From contig JARKSN010000276.1 of NCBI GenBank assembly GCA_029974275.1, positions 16,009 to 80,008 on the forward strand: 64,000 nucleotides of DNA, given 5' to 3'. The position numbers were made by a program, and so were the translations under genes. The DNA comes from Candidatus Hydrogenedentota bacterium (GTDB lineage: Bacteria; Hydrogenedentota; Hydrogenedentia; Hydrogenedentales; SLHB01). The notes under the pieces were generated by a model. It was not told where the DNA came from. It ran no database searches and was given only the letters and a program-made list of their open reading frames with translations. This document shows positions 20,049 to 30,552 of the stretch, in pieces (position 1 is the first letter of the stretch; each line of letters opens with the position of its first letter).

Positions 20049-21994
20049 GGACGGATGAATCGCCATTCTTCGCATCGCCCGCGATCGTGTGCGAGACGCA
20101 CTGAGAGATCTGCGTCACGGCGGGCGATTCTTCCAGCGCCTTTGTCAAAACGACGCGATCAATGACTGCCGGCGTCGCGTTTGGGTTGCATAACGTCACC
20201 TCCAAGGAATTTCCGCTGCACGTTGCGCGCGCGTCTATCCCGTCGACGCATTCGCCCAAAACGCGAGGAACCCATTCCGGGCCCGAAACGTCCGCAATCG
20301 CCAGGGAAACGGATTGTCCCTGCTGCAGCGAAATAACAAGACGATCGCCGCACAGGAACGCCGGACAAGCGTTTTCGCTCATGAAATACGCCGGGATGTC
20401 AATGCGGTCCGGCTCGCTTCGGACGCCAACCTTGAGACTGCTCTGGCGAAACCACATGACGACGGTTTCGTTTTCTTCGCCCCATCCCCCCAAATGCACC
20501 GGGGCGTATAGACGACGGAGGGTATCGAGACCCTTCTGCTCGCGGGGAGGCATCGCATTCTCCCATGTGTCTCCCGGAAAAAGCGAGATGATATCGGGAT
20601 TTCTGGCAAAGAGGTAGCGCGCATTCGCCAATTCATGTCCCAAAAAACCTTTCCCAAAATCTTCGGGAGGGTGACGCGGCAAATAATAATCGTTCAAGCC
20701 CAACATGTCGAGGCTCGGCAATTTCGACCAAAACGGCAGACATCCAGCGGCGACCACGGCAAGCAACGGCTGTTCGTCGGCAAAGGCCTTGTTGAGCAGA
20801 ACGCCCAAGGCCTGGCCCTTCCACTCGAAACGCTCGCGGACCGCCCTCCGGTTCTCGGGATTGGCGAACTGAATGCACGAAAAAAGCCCGAACAGAATGG
20901 CGATCCCGATCAATCCTCCGCGAGCGCCTAACCGTCTGCCTTCCTGCCGCACATAATCGCGGAGAAATTCGCCCCCCTCCACCACGGCAAAGGAGAGTAT
21001 CGTCAGCGGAGGAAGCATATGCCGCCACGCCGGAAAAATGTCCCCCCCCGGCGACGGCTACATAGACCAACCACGGCGCGAGCAAGGATCCCAGAAAAAT
21101 GGCGCGTTGACGGTGCGGAGCGCCCAACGCCGCACCCATCCCCAGGTATGCAATGGCCAAAACAGAAAAAGGAGCGAGCGACCCCAGGCCGTTGATGACA
21201 TACACAGCGCCATTCTGGAAATGGTGCCACGAGGGAGCCAACTTCACCAAAGCCGTGTTGGGCACGAACTCTCCGTAATATCCGATGCGGAAAGCCAACT
21301 GCCCGGAACAGAATAGAACCGGCAAGCAGGGCAACAGAAACAAAATGCGCCACGACCAACGGCGGCGAGACAGCGCCCGCGCCAAGCTAATTCCCGCCAA
21401 GGCGGCAACCGTGAAGAGGGGACCGTCCGGCCGCGTAAGACACATGCCGCCAAGGAAAGCGGAAGCCGCAAGGGCGGGCGCGGCGCGAGGATATTCCTCA
21501 TCCAGCAACGGGAAACAGGATGCGATTGCCCACGCCAGACAAACGGCGTAGAGCGGCTGCTCCAGTCCGCCAATCGCCCAAACGGCGCTGGGGGCCGCCA
21601 AACAAAAGAAGAGCGCGCCCGCGGAAATCGACGACCAAGACGCGCCTTTGCGTTCCGCGCGAAGATAGGCCAGCGGCAAGGCGAAGACCGCGACCGACAT
21701 GAACAAAAGGCCCGCCAATCGCGACGCGCCCACCAATCCCACGTGAAGTCCCTTGGATATTCCGGCGACCGTCAACACCCACAACAGATTTGAGTACCCC
21801 TCAACGCGTTCGCCGTCGTTCCACGTCAGCCCCTTGCCCTCCAGAAAACGCTCCGCGTATCGCAACGAAATGAGGGCATCGTCCGAGATAAAGGGATAGT
21901 AATGCAACGCATGCGCGAACAACAGACAAGAAGCCGTCAACACGAACAGCGCAAGGAATGCGAATTCCTTTTTCCGGGCTGGAAGATGTTCCAT
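20041..21994 (-). pseudogene. GT-C-type membrane glycosyltransferase (DDAxISxRYA family), frameshifted at G8 tract 21042-21049
   Basis: ORF 20633..21994 has DDALISLRYAER, GERVEGYSN, TRPDG, PNTALVK. ORF 20041..21018 has AAGCLPF, DMLGLND, GHE. Removing one G gives continuous ...AGGDIFPAWRHMLPPL..., 650 aa. Confidence 0.8.
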
Positions 21995-22092
21995 AACGCT
22001 TACGGCGCTTTCTCCGCGAACGGCCCCGCGTGTATCACGGCTTCCCTTTCATTGGGCTTTGCCTCAATCCGATCCCTGGCGCAGCGCGCGCC

Positions 22093-23349
22093 CTACTTGC
22101 GCCTCTTGATTTCCGGAGCCTCCCGGATGCAAGCGCCAAGGACGCGAAAGGCTTGGCCGAACATGGCCGAGACGTTTCGATGGAACCCGGCGGCGCCCGT
22201 CGCGGGAACCTGGAAGCCGTCGGGCGTTTCGGGGACGTGGCCCCAGTGCTGAAAAAGCCGACCCCATTCGCTTTCGAGACAGGCTTTCATCTGGCGTTCG
22301 CTGTTGCGCTGGTACCAGTAAAAATCGTGGTAGAGCACGCTGGCGATATAGGCCCACGGAGCCATCCAGGTCTTGAGCGACCACTCGATCGGCTTTTTGA
22401 GGGGCCCCCAATAGATTTTGTGTTGCATCTGGCTCGCGAAGGTCATTTTCTTGAACGGCCCGACGAAATGCCAGTTCTCGTTCGCGGCATCCACGTCGCC
22501 GACGACCTCGATGTCGCGCACGTCGCCGCAGCCGAGGCCGAGGTCGTGCGCCAGACGGATAAACTTGCAGTCGCGAAGCGGATCGAACCCCATCAACTTC
22601 GCCGCGACGGCATCGATGGCCACTTGGTCGGACGACGCAAGCAGCACGTTCTTGACGTGCGGCAGCATGCACCGCGGGCCGGGACCGTCACCCGCAAATG
22701 TGCCGTCCATCACCGCAAACACGCCGCGATGAATCTTCTTCTGAATCATGAGCAAATCGACAAGCGTCTCGTGAATGACCGGATGCGTCCAGTGGCGATG
22801 CTCATTCAGCAGCCCCCCGAACGCGTTCTTCATCGCGCCGGTGGTCGTAGTGAAAACATGGGTCTTGACGGTCGGCAGGTGGATGATGTTTTCCCCGATG
22901 AATCGCTTGGGAATGGAAAAACCCTTGGGGTACACCTCGTTGAGACACAGAAACTTCTTGGCGAGATCGCCCACGGCGTCGCGAATATTGATCCATTCCT
23001 CGCCCTCGTACAAATGCACGTTGCGCAGGCCATAGGCGTTGACGACATCAATCTGCTTGTTTTCGCGCTCGCCCAGGTGCGAATCGATCACCACGGTGCG
23101 GTTATGGCAAGCGTGGATAAGGTCCCCCGAATACCCGTCGCGCAACAGCGCGCCGATCACGCCGTCCAACTGCCACGGCGTCGTCGAACTGGCCGGAAAA
23201 AAGAAATGCCACGAGATATTGACCTTGAGCGCCGTGTCGGCGTCCTTGGCGATGACGTCCTGATACCCGGCGAGATTCAGCAATTCATGATAATCGGACC
23301 GGACGCGCTCGGGACTCGTCCGCAACACGGCGACCTTCGATCGGGACAT
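22093..23349 (-). CDS. DUF362 domain-containing protein (cytoplasmic)
   Basis: LKVNISW, TTPWQLDG, LPTVKTH...TGAMKNAFG, DGTFAGDGPGP, DQVAIDAVAAKLMGFDP. Confidence 0.85.
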   Translation of the reverse strand: MSRSKVAVLRTSPERVRSDYHELLNLAGYQDVIAKDADTALKVNISWHFFFPASSTTPWQLDGVIGALLRDGYSGDLIHACHNRTVVIDSHLGERENKQIDVVNAYGLRNVHLYEGEEWINIRDAVGDLAKKFLCLNEVYPKGFSIPKRFIGENIIHLPTVKTHVFTTTTGAMKNAFGGLLNEHRHWTHPVIHETLVDLLMIQKKIHRGVFAVMDGTFAGDGPGPRCMLPHVKNVLLASSDQVAIDAVAAKLMGFDPLRDCKFIRLAHDLGLGCGDVRDIEVVGDVDAANENWHFVGPFKKMTFASQMQHKIYWGPLKKPIEWSLKTWMAPWAYIASVLYHDFYWYQRNSERQMKACLESEWGRLFQHWGHVPETPDGFQVPATGAAGFHRNVSAMFGQAFRVLGACIREAPEIKRRK

Positions 23350-23364
23350 GCACTAGCTCCTTGT

Positions 23365-24309
23365 TCACTTCAAGAATTCAATATAGGGCCCGAGATAGGG
23401 CTTGCCATAAATGACACCCAAACAGATGAGGCCCCAAATCGCGATGTTCGCCAAAAAGGGCTTATCCATCACCACCGCGCGGCTAGGGCTGCCGCCTTCG
23501 TTCAGGTGGTACGAAAGATAGAGATAGCGAAACAGCCCATACATGACCGACGGCACGCTCAAGATCAACATGCGCGTGTTGAACACGTGAACCGTGCGAG
23601 CATCGACGGTGTACAAAATGTAGCAGACCAAGGTGGTGCTCGTGACGATGGCGATCATCTGATCCAAAAACGCCGGACTGTAGTGTTCCAGCACCCGCCG
23701 GTGGGTGACGGCTCCGTCGGCCAAGGAGATCAATTCGGAACGTCGTTTGACGAACCCCAGGAACAGGGAGATGTTCAACGTGCACAACAGCAGCCAATAA
23801 GAAGGCTCGGTGAAGGTCGCGAAGGCTCCGGCCAAAATGCGCAACAAAAACCCAACAGCGATGAACATCACGTCCATGATAACCCAATGCTTGATGTTCC
23901 GCGAGTACAAGACGTTGGCGACGATATAGCCCGCAATCACCAGGGCCGCCAAGAGGTTGGTGAAAAAAAACGCAACGCCTATCGAGCCGGCAATCAGAAC
24001 CGCCATCCAAGCAACGGCGAGTTTCGGCTCGACGCGCCCCGCAGGAAGAGGACGCCTGCGTTTTTGGGGATGATTCCGATCCCGTTCGAGATCGAACAAG
24101 TCGTTAACAATATAGACGGCGCTCGAGGCGAGACAAAACGCGACAAAAGCCGCCGACGCTTGCCCAAACCTTTCGGGGACGAACAGTTCCTTGCCAAAAA
24201 CAGGCGCGGCAAATACGAAGGCGTTCTTCGTCCACTGATGCCACCGCATCAACTGGAAGAGCAAGCGAATCTGTCTGAGAAACATGCGTACGTCCACTGC
24301 TTGCCCCAT
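23365..24309 (-). CDS. Polyprenyl-phosphate phosphoribosyltransferase (DPPR synthase, UbiA superfamily)
   Basis: LMRWHQWTKN, YIVNDLFDLERDRNHPQKRRRPLPAG, GFLLR, KRRSE, RRVLEHYS, YGLFRYLY. Start may be 24285. Confidence 0.88.
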   Translation of the reverse strand: MGQAVDVRMFLRQIRLLFQLMRWHQWTKNAFVFAAPVFGKELFVPERFGQASAAFVAFCLASSAVYIVNDLFDLERDRNHPQKRRRPLPAGRVEPKLAVAWMAVLIAGSIGVAFFFTNLLAALVIAGYIVANVLYSRNIKHWVIMDVMFIAVGFLLRILAGAFATFTEPSYWLLLCTLNISLFLGFVKRRSELISLADGAVTHRRVLEHYSPAFLDQMIAIVTSTTLVCYILYTVDARTVHVFNTRMLILSVPSVMYGLFRYLYLSYHLNEGGSPSRAVVMDKPFLANIAIWGLICLGVIYGKPYLGPYIEFLK

Positions 24310-24403
24310 CTTGGCGTCTAGATCGGCGCGGCTCCGTCTGCTGTCCATTTGCCCTATCGAGGGGCATATGGTACACCATCGTAAGGGGAAAGGGAAACTG
24401 GAT

Positions 24404-25144
24404 ATGGCAGACAGCCTTGATACGGAATCTCCGCGAGCGACAATGCGTTCCGCGTTGGCGGCTGTGGTTCCATGCTATAACGCCGGCGGCCGGGTGCGGC
24501 CCGTGCTGGAACGACTTGCCGCCTTTCTCGACCACGTCATTGTCGTGGACGACGGAGGCACGGACGGCCTTCCGGCGCGCCTGGAAGGGCTCCAGCTACA
24601 GGTGGCGACGTTCGCGCAGAACCGAGGCAAAGGCCATGCCCTGCTCGAGGGCTTCCGGTTAGCGCGGGCAATTCCTGGCGTAGAGGCAGTGGCAACGCTT
24701 GACAGCGACGGCCAACACGATCCGCGCGAACTGCCGTCGCTGTACGAAATGTTTCTTCGCGAACGAGCCGACCTACTCATCGGATCGCGGACGTTCGACG
24801 AACGGCACGTTCCGCTGCGTAGCCGCCTCGGCAACAAATTCACGATCGCCATGACCGGCCTGATCATCGGGCGCCGCCTGCCCGACACCCAGTCTGGCTA
24901 CCGCATCCACTCGATCCGGCTCGTTGACCGCATTCTCGACGATGTAACGCCGGGACGATACGAGACGGAAATGGAGATTCTCGTGCTGGCGGTGAAACAG
25001 GGATTCGCCACGATCGCGGCGCCTATTCAGACAATTTACGAACCGGGCAATACGAGTTCGCATTTCGACGCGTTGCGGGATTCAGCCCGCATCTGCAAAA
25101 CGCTTTTGCGCGCTTCGATGCGGTTTCAGCGCCCCTCAACGTAG
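24404..25144 (+). CDS. Glycosyltransferase family 2 (DPM1-like)
   Basis: VVPCYN, VVDDGGTD, NRGKGHAL, DSDGQH, DTQSGYR. Confidence 0.9.
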   Translation: MADSLDTESPRATMRSALAAVVPCYNAGGRVRPVLERLAAFLDHVIVVDDGGTDGLPARLEGLQLQVATFAQNRGKGHALLEGFRLARAIPGVEAVATLDSDGQHDPRELPSLYEMFLRERADLLIGSRTFDERHVPLRSRLGNKFTIAMTGLIIGRRLPDTQSGYRIHSIRLVDRILDDVTPGRYETEMEILVLAVKQGFATIAAPIQTIYEPGNTSSHFDALRDSARICKTLLRASMRFQRPST

Positions 25145-25202
25145 CCCCCGAAACCGCTGTCCCTGTCGGGCGGCGATCGTTTCCACCCAGAAAAGAGGGC
25201 CG

Positions 25203-26459
25203 CTACGGGGCCGCGCCGGGATCGACCGTGGGAATGAAATCGACGCAGAGAATATACTTGCATCTGTCCGCCGCGCGGAAAGTCGTCGAGATGGTGCGGC
25301 ACAACACGCCCGACACGACCGAAATATACGGCTCCGTGACGTAACGCGCCAAACCGGTCTTCAACAAAAACACATAATCCTTGTACGAATGGTCCACGCC
25401 GCGGTCAGCCGCCTCGAAAATGAAACAACGCGGATCGCGACGGTCACGAGGACTCATAACGGTGCGGGTCACCTGAATGCCGTTTTCGTCCAAGGCGTAA
25501 ATGCTGTCGATCTGCTTGTGTTGCGACACAATATCGTTGAGGTAGACGTCGAAATCCGACCCGGCGGCGTTGGCGAGAACGCACAAAATGCCGTTGACAA
25601 TCGCGTCGTAATGCTGGGCCTCGGCCTGCTTCTGGCCAATCTTCTTCACCAGGTATTCCCGGAACGTTCCGCCCAAATGGATGGTTTGCTCCTTGGCCAA
25701 CTGGATGGCGTTGTCGTTGATGGATGTCGGATGCCCCAGGAAAAATCCCTGAAGAATGTCGGCATTGATATCGAGACAGAAAAGGGCCTCCTGCTCGGTT
25801 TCCACGCCTTCCCCGACCGCCAACGCGCCGATCTGATGGGCGAGGTTGACAAGGGAACGGAACACCTCCTGCTTGTGATAGAGCCGGTCTATCTCCGCCA
25901 CGAGCGACCGGTCTATCTTGAGCAAATCAGGCTTGAGCACCGCAACGCGCTCGAGATTGGAATGACCGGAACCAATATCGTCAAGGGCGATCAGAAATCC
26001 GCTTCGCCGGCAAACCTCCACGAATTGGATCAAGGCGTTCATGTCATGAACCGACGATTCGCGAATTTCCAAAACGATATTGGCGGGATTGAGGTCGAAA
26101 CGATTCACTTCCGTCACCAGCCTGGCGGCCCCGGCGATCCCGTCGTCGATAATCTGGGTATCGAAATTCACGAACAGCGTGGAGTCAAGATGCCCTTGGA
26201 AATGACGGGCATAGGTTTCAAGGGCCCGGGCGCGGCAGTGTTCATCCCACTCGGCCGACTGGCCCTTGCGAGCCGCATAATCGAACAATTGCATTGGGGG
26301 CACGGGATCGCCCGTGACCGGATGATACGGACGCAACAAGGCCTCAAAACCGACGATCCGCCCCTGCTTGGCAGAACAAATGGGCTGGTAGTGCGTTTCC
26401 AGCAAATCCTGCTGGATAATGGCCTCGATTACGTCATCGTCCAGAGGCTTATACGGCAT
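25203..26459 (-). CDS. EAL-domain c-di-GMP phosphodiesterase with YkuI-like C-terminal domain
   Basis: YQPI, EALLR, DDIGSGHSN, KIDRS, EGVET, QGF motifs; C-terminal YVTEPYIS sensor-like region. Confidence 0.88.
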   Translation of the reverse strand: MPYKPLDDDVIEAIIQQDLLETHYQPICSAKQGRIVGFEALLRPYHPVTGDPVPPMQLFDYAARKGQSAEWDEHCRARALETYARHFQGHLDSTLFVNFDTQIIDDGIAGAARLVTEVNRFDLNPANIVLEIRESSVHDMNALIQFVEVCRRSGFLIALDDIGSGHSNLERVAVLKPDLLKIDRSLVAEIDRLYHKQEVFRSLVNLAHQIGALAVGEGVETEQEALFCLDINADILQGFFLGHPTSINDNAIQLAKEQTIHLGGTFREYLVKKIGQKQAEAQHYDAIVNGILCVLANAAGSDFDVYLNDIVSQHKQIDSIYALDENGIQVTRTVMSPRDRRDPRCFIFEAADRGVDHSYKDYVFLLKTGLARYVTEPYISVVSGVLCRTISTTFRAADRCKYILCVDFIPTVDPGAAP

Positions 26460-26646
26460 AATATCCCCGCTCCGCGCTTATACGACCCTTCGCAACGCCC
26501 CCTACACTCCTGCTGACGAAGTAGAGTTTAGCACTAGTGCCCACCCGATTTCATATCGAAAAGAAAGGAAGAGAACGGGCGACGCCGCGCAAAAGCGCAA
26601 AAGGCGATTTGCAGGACGATGCGATCTTCACCTACTCTGATAGCCT

Positions 26647-27399
26647 ATGCAGAAACACGAGGAATGCGAAGTGCATGAAACGCCATCCCGACCGACGCAA
26701 ACGCCGCCGCGCGACACGTCATGGCGAATGTTTGACACAATCGCCGGCCGGTACGACGCGCTGAATCGTCTGCTGTCATTTCGGCGCGACGTGGCGTGGC
26801 GGCGCATGCTGGCAAACCTGTTGCCGCCCGGCGATCATTTGCGCACGCTCGATCTCGCCACCGGCACCGCGGACGTCTTGCTGGCCCTGAAACGCTTCAA
26901 TCCGCGCGTCGCGTCCGGCGTGGGCGTCGATATGTCGCGCAACATGCTCCGCCATGCCAAGGACAAGATCGCCGCACGGGGCTTGTCCGACGCGTTACGC
27001 CTTGTTCGCAGCAACGGCGTATGCATGGGCCTCGCAGACGCCTCGTTCGACGCGGTCACTATCTCCTTCGGCATCCGCAACATGCCGGACGCGCTCGCGA
27101 CGCTCCACGAGATTCGCCGTGTGCTGCGGCCCGGCGGACGCGCCTTGATCCTCGAATTCGCGTTGCCAAAGAGCAACGTCATGCGCGCACTGCACCTGTT
27201 CTACCTGCGCCACGCTCTCCCGCATATCGGGGGGCTGGTTTCGGGCAATTTCGCTGCGTACCGATATCTCAACACGACCATCGAAACCTTTCCGTACGGC
27301 GAAGAATTCTGCGCGCTCATGCGCGAGGCGGGCTTCCGCAGCGTTGTCGCGCACACGCTGACGTTCGGCGCGGCGAATCTCTACCAGGGGGACGCATGA
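26647..27399 (+). CDS. menG: Demethylmenaquinone methyltransferase (UbiE/MenG)
   Basis: MFDTIAGRYDALNRLLS, LDLATGTAD, ISFGIRN, AYRYL; heads men cluster. Confidence 0.92.
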   Translation: MQKHEECEVHETPSRPTQTPPRDTSWRMFDTIAGRYDALNRLLSFRRDVAWRRMLANLLPPGDHLRTLDLATGTADVLLALKRFNPRVASGVGVDMSRNMLRHAKDKIAARGLSDALRLVRSNGVCMGLADASFDAVTISFGIRNMPDALATLHEIRRVLRPGGRALILEFALPKSNVMRALHLFYLRHALPHIGGLVSGNFAAYRYLNTTIETFPYGEEFCALMREAGFRSVVAHTLTFGAANLYQGDA

Positions 27400-28820
27400 C
27401 CGGTCACCCAGAGATGCGCCCGTCACCGGAAGCCTATGCACAGGCCCTTCTCGCCCCCGAGCAGGTAAGGCCCGTATTGGCGGCTCTCATCGAGCAAACG
27501 TTGGATGGCCTTGAAGCGCGTGGCACAGCGCACGCATGGCGCATCGAGGCTCCGGTGCAACCGATCGATCCCGTGGAATGGCTCGCCGCGCAGGAGGCGC
27601 CGGTCAAGGTCTACTGGGCCGATCGCGCCGGACGTTTTCGCGTCGCAGGCGTGCATGCCGCGGATCGCATGGCGTGCGCCCATGCCGACGAGACCGCAGA
27701 TATCTTCCGCCGCATCGCAACACGCGTCGCCTCCGGTCACCCCAATCTGCGATATTTCGGCGGCCTTCGCTTCTCCGATCAGGGGCAACGCGACGCCACG
27801 TGGGAACCATTCGGCTATGCGTCATTCGTGCTGCCGCGATTCGAGTTGTTGACCCACGGCGACCAGTCCTATCTTGCCTGCAATCTTTTCATCGATCGCG
27901 ACACATCGCCCGAAACCCTCCTCGACGAGACCCTGGCCGCGCTCGATGCATTGTCGTTCTCGCCCGCGCCATGGCCCGCATCGAACATTCGCATTCTCGC
28001 GCGCGGCGATGCGCCGGATTCCTCGCTCTGGAACGAAGCCGTTGCGCACACGCTTCGGCGCATCCGCAAAAACGACGCGGCCAAAGTCGTATTGGCGCGC
28101 GCGACGCGCTTCTCCTTCGATGCCCCGCCGCACCCCTTGGCGTTCATGGCGCGGCTTACGGCGCTGCCGTCGCGCGCATACCGCTTCCTCTATCAGCCCC
28201 AGCCGGGCGTTGCGTTTCTGGGCGCTTCCCCGGAACGGCTGTATTCGCGACACATGCGGCATATCGAGAGCGAAGCGGTCGCGGGAACGCGTCCTCGCGG
28301 CGCCACGCCAGAAACCGACGGCGCATTGGGCGAAGCGCTGCGCGCCAGCGACAAGGAACAGCGCGAGCATGCCTTCGTCGCAAAAGCCGTCCATGCCGCG
28401 CTGCAATCGTTATGTTCGGCGGTGCATTCCGATGCCGCGCCGACAGTGCTGCATCTGCCCAATTGCCAGCACCTGTATCGCCGGTTCGAAGGTTTCCTCG
28501 ACACCCGCGACGACGAAGCCATCCTGCGCGCGTTGCATCCCACCCCCGCGGTCGGCGGCGCGCCCACCGACCGGGCCTGCGCGATCATTGCGGAAGTGGA
28601 ACCCTTCGACCGGGGGTGGTACGCTGGCCCAGTTGGATACATCGGATGTGACAACGCCGAATTTGCCGTGGCGATCCGGTCCGGTCTCGTCGAAAACGAC
28701 ACGGTAACGCTGTTTACCGGCGCGGGCATTGTCGAAGGATCGGACGCCCATGCGGAGTGGGACGAATTGGAGAACAAAATGGGCGCGTTTCGAAGCGCGT
28801 TGGAAGACCATGCCGACTGA
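27396..28820 (+). CDS. menF: Isochorismate synthase
   Basis: ATGA overlap with menG; KVVLAR, GASPERL, AVAGTRPRG, LHPTPAVGG, RGWYAGPVG, AGIVEGS. Confidence 0.93.
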   Translation: MTGHPEMRPSPEAYAQALLAPEQVRPVLAALIEQTLDGLEARGTAHAWRIEAPVQPIDPVEWLAAQEAPVKVYWADRAGRFRVAGVHAADRMACAHADETADIFRRIATRVASGHPNLRYFGGLRFSDQGQRDATWEPFGYASFVLPRFELLTHGDQSYLACNLFIDRDTSPETLLDETLAALDALSFSPAPWPASNIRILARGDAPDSSLWNEAVAHTLRRIRKNDAAKVVLARATRFSFDAPPHPLAFMARLTALPSRAYRFLYQPQPGVAFLGASPERLYSRHMRHIESEAVAGTRPRGATPETDGALGEALRASDKEQREHAFVAKAVHAALQSLCSAVHSDAAPTVLHLPNCQHLYRRFEGFLDTRDDEAILRALHPTPAVGGAPTDRACAIIAEVEPFDRGWYAGPVGYIGCDNAEFAVAIRSGLVENDTVTLFTGAGIVEGSDAHAEWDELENKMGAFRSALEDHAD

Positions 28821-30552
28821 AGCGGGAATGTGGAACCTTGCATGGGCGGAGTGGTTGATTGAGGAACTCGTCCGTCAGGGCGTGGGGGCTTTCTTTATCT
28901 CGCCGGGATCGCGATCGGCCCCCCTGACGGCCGCGGCGGCGCGCAATCCACGCGCGCGGACATTCGTCCACTTCGACGAACGCGGCGCCGGCTTCGCGGC
29001 AGTCGGCTTTGCCAAGGCCGCGGGACGTCCCGCAGCCCTCATCGGCACATCGGGCACGGCGGCGGCAAACTACTTTCCCGCCATCGTTGAAGCGTCCCAG
29101 TCCCACACGCCCCTCCTGATCATCACGGCCGATCGTCCGTCGGAACTGATCGACGCCGGAGCAAACCAAACGATCGACCAAACACGGCTGTACGGCGCAT
29201 ACCCGCGGTGGCGCGCCGATATGCCATGTCCCTCACCGGACGTTCCTGCGGAATATGTGTTAACGACCGCCGCGCAAGCCGTCTACCGCGCCACGCGCCC
29301 TCCCGCCGGGCCCGTGCATCTGAACTGCCGGTTCCGCGAACCGCTGTTGCCGGACACGCCCCTGTCTACTCCCGCTTCCCTCGAAACCTGGGCATCACAG
29401 GGGCTGCCCTACACGCACTACCCTGCGGCGCCGCAGCACCCCTCGGACGCAGCGCTGGATGCACTGCAATCGGCAATTGCCCCCGCGCGACGCGGACTGC
29501 TCATCGTGGGCGCGTTGAACTCCCGCTCCGAACGCGATGCCGTGCGCGAAGTGGCGCAAGCGCTGAACTGGCCCACCTTCGCCGATAGTACGTCGGGACT
29601 ACGCCTCGGCAACCCCCAGCCTCCGTTTGTTCCTCAGTATCCGCTGCTTCTCGCCGGCGATTTCTTGTCGCGCGCCCCCAAGCCGGATGTCGTCGTGCAT
29701 ATCGGCGGCCCGATCACGGCGAAACGCCTTCAAACCTACTTGCGAGACGCGCACCCGCCAATCCACGTGCGAGTGGCGGCGCATCCAAACCGCGTCGATC
29801 CCGATCACGGCATTACCCTGCGCGTCGAAGCAGGCATCGAGCACACCTGCCAAGCAATGGGGCGAATGCCGATCGCATCCCCGGACATGGATTGGGCTAC
29901 GTCGATTTTCGCGGCCGCCGCGCAGATAGAACGCTGCGTGGACGAATGCTTCGCACAAAACCATTCGCTCAGCGAGCCCGCCGTGGCTCGCCTCCTCTCG
30001 CGGCATCTCGCGGAAGACGCCGCCCTCTTCCTCGGAAATAGCATGCCGATTCGCGATATGGACACGTTTGCCTCGCCGCACGGCGCGGAGGTCCCCGTCT
30101 TTGCCAACCGGGGCGCGAGCGGCATCGACGGCAACGTCTGCACGGCGGCGGGCATCGCGCTGGGGTTGGGGCGCCCCGTCACCGCCGTGATGGGCGATCT
30201 CGCGTTGCTGCACGACATCAACGGCTTGGCCCTGCTGAAGCAAACCCCGGTCGTGCTGGTCGTGCTGAACAACAACGGCGGCGGCATCTTCCATTTCCTG
30301 CCCGTTGCGAAACACGCCGACATCTTCGAGCCGTTCTTTGTCGCCCCGCACGGCCTGCGCTTCGAGCACGCAGCCCGAATGTTCGGCATCGAGTATGCCG
30401 CGCCCACGGACGCGACGCAGTTTGCCCAAGCCTACGCCCACGCGATCCAGAAGCGAGTTGGCGCCATCATAGAGGTGCAAACGATCGCCGCCGAGAACCT
30501 GCGGACGCACACGGCGCTGGAGGGGAGCGTCCGCCGCGCCGGAAAAGAATGA
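28810..30552 (+). CDS. menD: SEPHCHC synthase
   Basis: SPGSRSAPL, DERGAGF, TSGTAAAN, NRGASGIDG, GDLALLHD, NNNGGGIF. Confidence 0.96.
   Translation: MPTEAGMWNLAWAEWLIEELVRQGVGAFFISPGSRSAPLTAAAARNPRARTFVHFDERGAGFAAVGFAKAAGRPAALIGTSGTAAANYFPAIVEASQSHTPLLIITADRPSELIDAGANQTIDQTRLYGAYPRWRADMPCPSPDVPAEYVLTTAAQAVYRATRPPAGPVHLNCRFREPLLPDTPLSTPASLETWASQGLPYTHYPAAPQHPSDAALDALQSAIAPARRGLLIVGALNSRSERDAVREVAQALNWPTFADSTSGLRLGNPQPPFVPQYPLLLAGDFLSRAPKPDVVVHIGGPITAKRLQTYLRDAHPPIHVRVAAHPNRVDPDHGITLRVEAGIEHTCQAMGRMPIASPDMDWATSIFAAAAQIERCVDECFAQNHSLSEPAVARLLSRHLAEDAALFLGNSMPIRDMDTFASPHGAEVPVFANRGASGIDGNVCTAAGIALGLGRPVTAVMGDLALLHDINGLALLKQTPVVLVVLNNNGGGIFHFLPVAKHADIFEPFFVAPHGLRFEHAARMFGIEYAAPTDATQFAQAYAHAIQKRVGAIIEVQTIAAENLRTHTALEGSVRRAGKE

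Noticed and set aside
22030..24321. 763-aa plus-strand ORF
   Set aside because: Antisense shadow of DUF362 and ubiA genes; no motifs. Long shadow ORFs are expected at high GC.
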